A stretch of 50,307 nucleotides of DNA, taken from the NCBI GenBank assembly GCA_021809325.1, contig JAKBAE010000002.1, forward strand, positions 1 to 50,307, in the 5' to 3' direction. The notes under the pieces are model-generated. The model did no database searches, was not told the origin of the DNA, and was given only the letters and a program-made list of their open reading frames with translations. Origin of the DNA: a bacterium (GTDB taxonomy: Bacteria > Chlamydiota > Chlamydiia > Chlamydiales > SM23-39). Shown in pieces: positions 1 through 9,853 of this stretch (position 1 is its first letter; every line of letters begins with the position of its first letter). The position numbers and the translations under genes were made by a program.

Positions 1-70
1 TTCACCTTTTTTTTTTTTTTTATTTTTTTTTTTTAAATTTTAAAAACGATTCTCAAAAAAAAAAATTCTC
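1..70. repeat. Homopolymer-rich low-complexity stretch (long T runs, then A runs) at the window edge
   Basis: Read directly from the sequence. The T and A runs occupy the place where the N-terminal ~50 codons of the downstream MBL-fold gene should be. Confidence 0.7.
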
Positions 71-541
71 CTTACCCATTCGCATTGGGATCATATTGCG
101 GATGCCCATCTCCTAATCGAAAAGACAGGCGCGGAAATCTACGTGCATCCTTTGGACGCCCCCAACCTGGAGCATCCCGGCTCCGATGGGATCCCTCTCT
201 TTTTCCCGATCCGAGGGGTCCATCCGGATTGTTTTGTTCAAGACGGCGACCGGATTTTTGTCGGAGAGCTTGCGTGCGAGGTTATCCATACCCCGGGTCA
301 CTCTCCAGGGAGCGTGTGCTATTTTGTGCGGGAACAAAAACTCCTTTTCTCAGGGGATACTCTCTTCGAAGGATCCATAGGCAATCTGCATCTTCCGACA
401 GCAGAGCCGCTAAAAATGTGGAGCTCTCTCGAAAAGCTGGCGGCGCTATCTCCTGATACCTATGTCGTACCGGGGCATGGAGGGGACACTACAATCGGCA
501 AAGAGAATTGGCTAAAACGGGCCAGACAAATCTTTGAATAA
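44..541 (+). CDS. MBL-fold metallo-hydrolase (glyoxalase II-like), 5'-truncated or partial
   Basis: The frame of the 143..541 ORF stays open back to position 44. It encodes ILLTHSHWDHI (the HxHxDH metal motif), then HTPGHSPGS, SGDTLF and VVPGHG. The N-terminal beta-strands expected before the motif are absent and replaced by poly-T/A. Confidence 0.75.
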   Translation, partial: KRFSKKKILLTHSHWDHIADAHLLIEKTGAEIYVHPLDAPNLEHPGSDGIPLFFPIRGVHPDCFVQDGDRIFVGELACEVIHTPGHSPGSVCYFVREQKLLFSGDTLFEGSIGNLHLPTAEPLKMWSSLEKLAALSPDTYVVPGHGGDTTIGKENWLKRARQIFE

Positions 542-607
542 ATAGACTGGTTTGTTATTGTTCGTTGAGTTTTTAACCATCATAACTTGTATAAAGGAGT
601 AATTATT

Positions 608-1186
608 ATGGCGCTTGTAGGAAAACTAGCCCCTGAATTCAAAGCCAAAGCAGTAATCGGCAGCAAGATCGTCGATGATTTTAGGCTCTCTCAATACAAG
701 GGGAAATACGTTCTCTTTTTTTTCTACCCACTTGATTTTACCTTTGTATGCCCCACGGAGCTGCACGCTTTTCAGGAGCGTTTGGAAGAGTTTGAAAAGA
801 GAGGAGCCCAAGTGATCGGCTGTTCGGTCGACAGCTGGTTTTCCCATGCAGCCTGGCTCGGCATGCCTAAAGCAAAAGGCGGCATTCAAGGGATCACTTA
901 TCCGATTGTCTCCGACTTGAATAAGACGATCTCAACAAACTACGAAGTGCTCAAGGAAGATGAAGGGATAGCGTATCGCGGTCTTTTTCTCATCGACCGA
1001 GACGGAATTGTCCGCCATCAACTCATCAACGATCTTCCCCTTGGCAGATCTGTTGATGAGGCAATCCGCCTTCTCGATGCTCTGATTTTCCACGAGGAGC
1101 ATGGGGAAGTTTGTCCTGCGAACTGGAGAACGGGCGCAAAAGCCATGAAGCCGAGCGAAGAAGGTCTCGCAGAATATTTCCGTTAG
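608..1186 (+). CDS. ahpC: Typical 2-Cys peroxiredoxin (AhpC/Tsa family)
   Basis: Motifs FTFVCPTE (peroxidatic Cys) and EVCPANW (resolving Cys). The internal ATG at 608 is preferred because AAGGAG lies 7 nt upstream. Confidence 0.95.
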   Translation: MALVGKLAPEFKAKAVIGSKIVDDFRLSQYKGKYVLFFFYPLDFTFVCPTELHAFQERLEEFEKRGAQVIGCSVDSWFSHAAWLGMPKAKGGIQGITYPIVSDLNKTISTNYEVLKEDEGIAYRGLFLIDRDGIVRHQLINDLPLGRSVDEAIRLLDALIFHEEHGEVCPANWRTGAKAMKPSEEGLAEYFR

Positions 1187-1212
1187 GTATTTCGCGAAGC
1201 GAGCAAAAAACA

Positions 1213-1586
1213 ACTTATCCTGTCTATCATGTCGCCCGAGCGGGTCCCCACGCAGTGGGGCCGGGCGATCCTTCTTTTATACCGTGCGCGGATAGATGCT
1301 TAAATTTTAGCGGTCTCAGGGTGATCCAGATTTTGACGATCGAGAGGAGGGCCATATTGCCGCAATATGGCCGACGAGCGATCGTCAAAAGATGGGTCGC
1401 CATGATGGCCGCCAAAATTTAAGCATCTATCCGCGCACGGTATATCATGTTCTCTTGGTTATTCATCTATGCAGGAGGCTTTAGAATCCTCCAGGTTGCG
1501 TAGTTGAAGAAGAAAACAGGATAAAAAAGATCGCCCGGCCCCACTGCGTGGGGACCCGCTCGGGCGACATGATAGGCAGGATAAGT
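1213..1586. repeat. Composite palindromic element: 58-bp inverted arms (1213-1270 and 1529-1586) enclosing a 258-bp spacer
   Basis: The arms are reverse complements with 57 of 58 matches by eye. Each arm also holds a short hairpin (CCCCAC-gca-GTGGGG). The structure lies in the ahpC-lipoprotein intergenic region. Confidence 0.85.
1278..1444. mobile_element. MITE-like 167-bp palindromic repeat, copy A (perfect 31-bp terminal inverted repeats)
   Basis: TATACCGTGCGCGGATAGATGCTTAAATTTT at the left end is the exact reverse complement of the right end. Internal paired segments are TTTTGACGATCG/CGATCGTCAAAA and GGCCATATTG/CAATATGGCC. A second copy lies at 18556-18722. Confidence 0.65.
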
Positions 1587-1741
1587 GTATATTTCTTGCT
1601 TCGCAAAAAAATGTTGCCTGTTATTGGCAGCTGATCTTTAAATTAGTCTAAGGGCGCATCCTTGATCTAATGCCTATTTTTGTTGATATTCATCTGGCAG
1701 TAGCGTAAGTTTTTTAGTCTTCAAGTTATTCATGAGGATTT

Positions 1742-2362
1742 ATGAAAAAAATATCGCTGCCTGCAGCTGCAGCTTCCGCCCTGCTAATTTTGATGACAAG
1801 TTGCGCGAGTTATACGGCTTCGCCACTAAGCAGTCTTTCTTCTGAATTGGGTTTGTTTCAGTCTTCTGATGGAACAATCAAAAATGATCTCTTTATCACA
1901 GCTCGGGCATTCAACAGAGCCGACTGCAAACGATTTTTAGATCGAGATGTCATTGCAGAAGGGTATCAGCCCGTACAGCTTTTTATTCATAACAGCTCTG
2001 ATAAAGAGTTTCTCTTCGCACTCGATCGAGTGGGAGTGTCTCTCGCAAGATCGGAAGAGGTCGCAGATAGAGTGCATACTTCTACTATAGGAAGGGCAGC
2101 AGGATACGGCATAGGCGCTCTTTTCTTGTGGCCGCTCGCTATTCCTGCCATTGTTGACTCAATTAAATCTGCAAATGCGAATGATGCCTTGGACATCGAC
2201 TTTTCAGCGAAAACAGCCCGCGACCAGGTTATTTTCCGTCGATCCAGCTTCAATAAGATTCTTTTTATCCCCACGAACGAATACCAGTCTAATTTTACTC
2301 TGACCCTCATTGACCAGGCTTCAAACGAGCCCCAAACGATGAACGTAATGGTAAGAAGTTGA
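1742..2362 (+). CDS. Putative lipoprotein, function unknown
   Basis: N-terminus MKKISLPAAAASALLILMTSC has a lipobox-like LMTSC. An internal hydrophobic segment is present. I recognise no family. Confidence 0.75.
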   Translation: MKKISLPAAAASALLILMTSCASYTASPLSSLSSELGLFQSSDGTIKNDLFITARAFNRADCKRFLDRDVIAEGYQPVQLFIHNSSDKEFLFALDRVGVSLARSEEVADRVHTSTIGRAAGYGIGALFLWPLAIPAIVDSIKSANANDALDIDFSAKTARDQVIFRRSSFNKILFIPTNEYQSNFTLTLIDQASNEPQTMNVMVRS

Positions 2363-2426
2363 TTTCTGCCTGTTCGTAAAAGAAAAGTTTTTATATCCTG
2401 CCTCGCCTTTCACAACGAGGTAGGTT

Positions 2427-3572
2427 ATGAGATTCAAGCAGTGGACAGCATCATTTGTTTTCTTGGCAGCGGCAGTCTGGGGAGGGGAAGCATCCGTTTT
2501 TGATGCGACGATCCCCGTTCTCGACATGGACGACTATTTTCATCCGGCAACCCATGGCCGGTTTGTGCAAAAGCTCCATTCGGCATTGCACGAAGTTGGT
2601 TTTTTTGCGGTTGTCAATACAGGTGTAGATGTAGCCATTCTGGATGCAGCGTATGAGAAGGCAAAAGAGTTTTTCCAACTCCCTTTCGATCAGAAGGTCA
2701 ACTCGTTCGATCTCAGCACAAACTGCCAGAGAGGATATGTCCCTACAGAGTCTCCTAAAGGGAGGGATGCATGGGATTGCAAAGAATTTTTCCATGTGGG
2801 AAGAGAGCTGACACTCGAGCAGCAAAAAAGGCTTGGCTACTGGGAAAATATTTGGCCCGAAGAGATGAGCTTGAAAGAGCCGCTTTGCCAGTTGTTTGAT
2901 GCGTTAGGCACATACATGGTCCCTCTGCAGGAGGCAATGGCAGAGGCGATCGGAGAGGAAAAGGATCTCTTTTGTGAAATGACAAAGGAAGGGGATGTTC
3001 TTTTACGGGCCATTCATTATCCTGCCAATCCCCCTGAGAATCAGATTTGGGCCGGAGAGCATACCGATATCGATCTCTTCACGATCTTGCCCCGTGCGAC
3101 GGCAGATGGACTTGAATTGCTCAATAAAGAAGGAAACTGGATTTCGATCAAAGTTCCTGAAAACGCCTTTATCGTGAATGGCGGCGATATGCTTGAAAAC
3201 ATCACCAATGGAGAGTTTCATAGTGGCCTTCATCGCGTGAGAGCACTAGAGAAAGATGTAGAGCGCTACTCGATGGTCCTCTTTGTTCATCCTAGAAGAG
3301 ATGACCGGCTCGATCCATTGCCCGCATGTATTGAGCGAACAGGCGGTGTAAAAAGGTATGCAAATGCCACGCGCATAGAGCTGTTGGAAGAAAGACTTGT
3401 CGATTTGGGCCTGGCTTCCGAGGAAATGATGCGTGAGCTTGCGAATAGCGGTTTAATGGAGAGGTTGATTGCGGTTGGCCGCGCATCGCCGAAAGCGATG
3501 AAAAAACTCGTCGAAGCAGGTCTTGCAAGCCCGGCAGTTTTAGAAGAACTGCAAAAGATTTCTGAGGAATAA
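2427..3572 (+). CDS. 2-oxoglutarate/Fe(II)-dependent oxygenase (isopenicillin N synthase-like) with N-terminal signal-like peptide and C-terminal helical repeat extension
   Basis: IPVLDM N-terminal motif. HTDIDLFTIL supplies HxD and GLHRV supplies the distal His/Arg region. The hydrophobic N-terminus is MRFKQWTASFVFLAAAVWGG. Confidence 0.85.
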   Translation: MRFKQWTASFVFLAAAVWGGEASVFDATIPVLDMDDYFHPATHGRFVQKLHSALHEVGFFAVVNTGVDVAILDAAYEKAKEFFQLPFDQKVNSFDLSTNCQRGYVPTESPKGRDAWDCKEFFHVGRELTLEQQKRLGYWENIWPEEMSLKEPLCQLFDALGTYMVPLQEAMAEAIGEEKDLFCEMTKEGDVLLRAIHYPANPPENQIWAGEHTDIDLFTILPRATADGLELLNKEGNWISIKVPENAFIVNGGDMLENITNGEFHSGLHRVRALEKDVERYSMVLFVHPRRDDRLDPLPACIERTGGVKRYANATRIELLEERLVDLGLASEEMMRELANSGLMERLIAVGRASPKAMKKLVEAGLASPAVLEELQKISEE

Positions 3573-3635
3573 AATTAATTATATTTAAATGGAGTTGTAA
3601 GTAACCAGTCTTTATTGCTAAAATCTAGCCGTTTT

Positions 3636-5405
3636 ATGGAATCGGCTGCATTATTTAGAAAGTCAAATCAAAACTTAACATCCCTTGAGCGGGTTGGAAT
3701 TTGGTTGCATGAGCATTCTGTAACTACGAAGGTTACGGAGATTGCAACTCTCGCTCTTGGGATGGGCTTATTTGTCGGCGCTTGGGCCTATCCGCCTCAG
3801 GGATTCAATTTTTTCGCGAGCATTGCTCTTTCTGGGTTTGTCTTATCGGCTTCTGCTACAGCTCGTAGCGTTTTTGATCTTCTCGAGCACTCCGATCGTG
3901 TTTACAAGACAGGTGAGTGCGAGGGCGGCGAGCTTTATTATAAAGGCGATGTGCCGATCCTTTCTCTCAATGCCGATGATCCTTTTAAAGCAGGTAAAGC
4001 CCATGGATATCTTTGCGGAGAGGCAATTGATCTCTTGGCAAAACGATTTTGTCAGTGTTTACATACTTTGGAAAGACCTTGCGCAGAAAGCCTCTCAAAA
4101 ATTCTTGCAGCTGTACGCAATACGATTCCACCTGAGTATTTGTCTGAGATGCAGGGGCTGGTAGAAGGGTATAACCAATGGGCAAATGAGCAGTCCAGAT
4201 GGAAATCTCCAAAGCTTCTTACTTTAGATGATGTTCTCTTATCTCATTTGATGGCAGATTCTTTTCATTTTCAGCCCGAAGGATTTGAGCAGTCACACTC
4301 TTTCCGCACTATGGATTGGCCCTCTTTTGGTCTCTTCGAAACTTATAATCTGATCATCAGCCGTTTGCATGAAGATGGACGCCATAGCACTCTCGAGTAT
4401 TCTGTTCCGGGATTTGTTGGGATCCGCAGGGGGATAAATGACCAAGAATTATCCCTGACAATGAATGTATGCGACGATGAGACGAATACCCTGAGAGGCA
4501 TGCCTGCTTTGTTTTATAATCGAGCCTGTTTAGAGCACTGTCAAAACGTAAGTGAGGTTGAAGCTTTCGTTCAGAGCAGGTCTCCTCTTGGACCTTATCA
4601 TTTAACAGTGAGCGATTCTAAAGAAGATCAAACGATTCACTTTTATCAAGCCCCTTCAGGGGGGCATCTAATAGAGCCCACAAAAGAAGATGCTTCTGGT
4701 GTCGAGAATTCTGATGATTCTTCTCTCTGTCAAAGAGTTTTTGACGCCTCTAAAGTGATAGGAAGAGCCGCCCTGCCTCTGGTTTTTTCCGGTAATCAGC
4801 AGATAGAGAGCGATCGCAAAGCTCAAGCAACCCTTATCAAAACCATTGGACCGGTAGCAGTTGGTGCACTTACAGCACTAACAGCTTTTTGTTTTAGAAA
4901 ATGCCTTCTTGATAAGACAGGAGTTAGAGATGCACTGACTTCCATCATCCTGTCGACGTTTTCTTCTAGTTTGGATGCTCAAATTGTACTAAAACCGGTT
5001 TCTTCAATTTGTAAATACACTTCTTCAAGAATAATTTCACATATAATTGAGGCTGATTTAGTTGGGCCGCTAATTGAAGAGGTGTTCTTTCGTGGGGTTT
5101 TACAGAATGGTCTAAAGATAGCGCAAAGAACCGGCCAAAAGATTTTCACTCCGCTGCAAGGAAAAACCGCAGAGTGGATTTTTTCGCCGCAAGCCCGTAT
5201 TTTGGCTATCAATGCACTTTTCGCTGCTGCCCACTTATCCAATGCTCGAGGGCCCTCATCTACAATTGTAGCTATTCGACAGATTATTTTCTGTGCTCTT
5301 TTTTCAACGGAGGCCAGACTCTATGAAACTACCGGAAAACTTCATGTAGCAATCGCATCACACATGACAAATAACCTTTTTGCGAGTCTTTTAACCTGTT
5401 TATAA
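3636..5405 (+). CDS. Membrane protein fusing a peptidase C45 (acyl-CoA:6-APA acyltransferase-like Ntn fold) domain to a C-terminal CPBP (CAAX/Abi) intramembrane protease domain
   Basis: C45-like blocks: PFKAGKAHGYLCGEAI, EYLSEMQGLVEGYN, FRTMDWP, VPGFVGIRRGIN. CPBP motifs: EEVFFRG, FAAAHL, HMTNN. There are several TM segments. An alternative TTG start lies at 3615. Confidence 0.75.
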   Translation: MESAALFRKSNQNLTSLERVGIWLHEHSVTTKVTEIATLALGMGLFVGAWAYPPQGFNFFASIALSGFVLSASATARSVFDLLEHSDRVYKTGECEGGELYYKGDVPILSLNADDPFKAGKAHGYLCGEAIDLLAKRFCQCLHTLERPCAESLSKILAAVRNTIPPEYLSEMQGLVEGYNQWANEQSRWKSPKLLTLDDVLLSHLMADSFHFQPEGFEQSHSFRTMDWPSFGLFETYNLIISRLHEDGRHSTLEYSVPGFVGIRRGINDQELSLTMNVCDDETNTLRGMPALFYNRACLEHCQNVSEVEAFVQSRSPLGPYHLTVSDSKEDQTIHFYQAPSGGHLIEPTKEDASGVENSDDSSLCQRVFDASKVIGRAALPLVFSGNQQIESDRKAQATLIKTIGPVAVGALTALTAFCFRKCLLDKTGVRDALTSIILSTFSSSLDAQIVLKPVSSICKYTSSRIISHIIEADLVGPLIEEVFFRGVLQNGLKIAQRTGQKIFTPLQGKTAEWIFSPQARILAINALFAAAHLSNARGPSSTIVAIRQIIFCALFSTEARLYETTGKLHVAIASHMTNNLFASLLTCL

Positions 5406-5442
5406 GATACGAAAAAACTACCCTTCAAGCGCCTACAGGTTC

Positions 5443-5832
5443 TTAACGCGCAGTTAGATAATCGTAGAGATCCTTTTGAGACGTTAACAGAACGCTTTTA
5501 TGCTTTTCGCAAAGAGGGTTTGCTGCCTCCATAATCTCCAGCGCCCCTACCCCGGGCATGCAGAGGGCATGCAGCTTTTTGACTTTTTCAAGATGCTTGA
5601 GGCCAAATAGGTAGTCTCCGGAGCTAAAGCCTTCTTCTTCAACCCGGAAATAGATGAGTTCCCGCCCATATAAGAGTGCTTGGATGGCAAAGTGGATCCC
5701 CTGGCTATTTTCCGGAGGATTTCCGAGAGCATCGACGAGCTGCGGCAGCTCCCGCAATACATAGGCCTTTCTAAACTGCCCCTTTTCTGCTTCGCCAAAT
5801 AGAGCCATCGTTGGACGAATTACCGAACCCAT
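5443..5832 (-). CDS. Hypothetical 129-aa protein; possible truncated N-terminal fragment of a contractile-tail sheath-like protein
   Basis: The block order resembles the first third of a sheath protein as I recall it: AYVLRELPQLVDALG, IHFAIQALLYGRELIYFRVEEEG, FGLKHLEKV..LHALCMPG, PLCEKHKSVLLTS. The ORF is far too short for a complete sheath. Confidence 0.45.
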   Translation of the reverse strand: MGSVIRPTMALFGEAEKGQFRKAYVLRELPQLVDALGNPPENSQGIHFAIQALLYGRELIYFRVEEEGFSSGDYLFGLKHLEKVKKLHALCMPGVGALEIMEAANPLCEKHKSVLLTSQKDLYDYLTAR

Positions 5833-5923
5833 ATCTTCACTCCGTAAAATTTAGTAGATAAATTCTTGGAGTATTTTGTTTCAACAGTTAGTTTGTTTTT
5901 TGAAGATGTATCTGTGTTGTTGT

Positions 5924-7354
5924 TTAAGAAATAATATTCTTTTGAACAAATTCAGCAGCCCCTAGCCAATAGCAAAACAAAGAAGCAGGTATGCGCATGA
6001 TTTTTTCTTGGAGAAGACCTAAATCTTGAGACATTTTTGTAATGACATAGCCACGTTGAATAGAAGGTTTTTGTTTGAAGAAATCAATTAGGCCAATGAG
6101 GTCGTTTGATTGCACGATTTGAGATCGGTATTTTACTTCTATGGGAATGAGTTTTTCTCCCGTTTCTACAATTAAGTCGATTTCTTTTTCTTTGGAATTT
6201 CTCCAATAGCTAAATCGGGCATGATTGGAGACAGAGTGCGACCAAAGGTGGCCTATAATGGCTGTTTCTACGCAATTTCCCAGTGCATTCGGATCCTCGA
6301 GAATGGACTTTCCTCTCATCAGGACAGCAGGTGCGATAGCTGGATCGCCGAGATAGAGCTTGTTTTTCCCGCGAAGAACTTCTTTTCCATAGCCAAAAGG
6401 GGGAAGTCTGTAGATTAGGTGTGTAGATTCAAGCAGATCAATAAAATTTTGTACTGTTGGCTTTGCGATTCCGAGTTCTTTTGAAATGGTTTGGGTGTCT
6501 TGCATTCCGCCGTCATGCATACACAAATAGATAAACATTTGCTCTAGCTCGAGAATCCTTCTTACCCCGAAAAGAGCCGTCATGTCTCGTTTTAAAACTT
6601 TATCGACAATATCTTCTCGCAATAGCTTTTGTGATTGAGTAATGCTCTCAATAAGAGCTGTTTGAGGAAAGCCGCCTCGAATGAGATATTCATGGAAATG
6701 TCCGATGAGAAACTTTGCTGATTCAGTCATATGAAAAAGTTCATTTTTAGCAGTGGAAAACAGGTCTTGCAGGGAAGAAATAGTCGGTATGCTGGGAAGT
6801 TGGATTTTTTTAATTTGCAGATATTCATAGAAGGAAAGGGTTGATAGTCGCAGTGTATGCCAGCGGCCCACGCCTGACTCTTGGTCTACATGAATGAGAG
6901 GGGCGGCAGACCCTGTAAAAACAATTCGTTTCGATTTAAAAAAATCGATTTGGTGTTTGACCCAAGTTCCAATATCTTTGATAAATTGAGCTTCGTCTAA
7001 GAAAATGTATTCGGGCCCTTCAGATTTTGGTTCGAGCTCCCGCCATGCTTCAAGAACAGCATCGAGTCCTGCTAGTTTGCAAAGCGGATGGTCGAATGTC
7101 GCATAAAGAATGTTTCCGGGAGAAGTGCCGATTTGAAGGAGCTGCTGAATTGCCTGTAAAAGAAGGGTTGTTTTGCCAATTTGCCTAGGTCCGGAAAGGA
7201 GGATAGCCCTATGCGTAGGTGGGTTCTCAATCCATTGCATCAGCTCCTGAAACGCCCCTCTTTTCCATTCCGGAAGATCGGAGATTTTTTCCTTGCGCCA
7301 CCAGGGGTTGAATTGTGAGAGGATGGCAATCAGGTCTTCTTTGGGGATTTTCAT
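5924..7354 (-). CDS. AAA+ ATPase with C-terminal DUF4143/PD-(D/E)xK nuclease-like domain (COG1373-type)
   Basis: Walker A is LLSGPRQIGKTTLL and Walker B is IFLDEAQ. The C-terminal EIDLIV...IPIEVKY is a restriction-endonuclease-like motif. Confidence 0.88.
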   Translation of the reverse strand: MKIPKEDLIAILSQFNPWWRKEKISDLPEWKRGAFQELMQWIENPPTHRAILLSGPRQIGKTTLLLQAIQQLLQIGTSPGNILYATFDHPLCKLAGLDAVLEAWRELEPKSEGPEYIFLDEAQFIKDIGTWVKHQIDFFKSKRIVFTGSAAPLIHVDQESGVGRWHTLRLSTLSFYEYLQIKKIQLPSIPTISSLQDLFSTAKNELFHMTESAKFLIGHFHEYLIRGGFPQTALIESITQSQKLLREDIVDKVLKRDMTALFGVRRILELEQMFIYLCMHDGGMQDTQTISKELGIAKPTVQNFIDLLESTHLIYRLPPFGYGKEVLRGKNKLYLGDPAIAPAVLMRGKSILEDPNALGNCVETAIIGHLWSHSVSNHARFSYWRNSKEKEIDLIVETGEKLIPIEVKYRSQIVQSNDLIGLIDFFKQKPSIQRGYVITKMSQDLGLLQEKIMRIPASLFCYWLGAAEFVQKNIIS

Positions 7355-7377
7355 GTCTACTTTCCTTATTTGTGGCG

Positions 7378-7403
7378 AATAAGCAAGGTATACCTTGCTT
7401 ATT
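7378..7403. other. Perfect 11-bp stem / 4-nt loop hairpin between eno and the AAA+ ATPase gene
   Basis: AATAAGCAAGG-tata-CCTTGCTTATT. It sits 24 nt upstream of the ATPase start codon on the minus strand. Confidence 0.5.
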
Positions 7404-7444
7404 TTGTCATTTTAAGATAGGTAGAGTTGTTTTTCAAGAGGTGT

Positions 7445-7472
7445 AATAAAAAAAAGCCTATGAGCTTCTTTC
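7445..7472 (-). terminator. Weak candidate intrinsic terminator downstream of eno
   Basis: The minus-strand RNA reads AAGAAGC-ucauag-GCUUUUU followed by more U. This is a 7-bp stem including one G.U pair. Confidence 0.35.

Positions 7473-9849
<2,377 letters not shown>

Positions 9850-9853
<4 letters not shown>

Noticed and set aside
1111..1422. ORFs (103 aa plus strand, 62 aa minus strand) across the ahpC downstream region
   Set aside because: They run through the nested palindromic repeats. Symmetric sequence generates mirror ORFs on both strands. There is no RBS and no coding-like composition.
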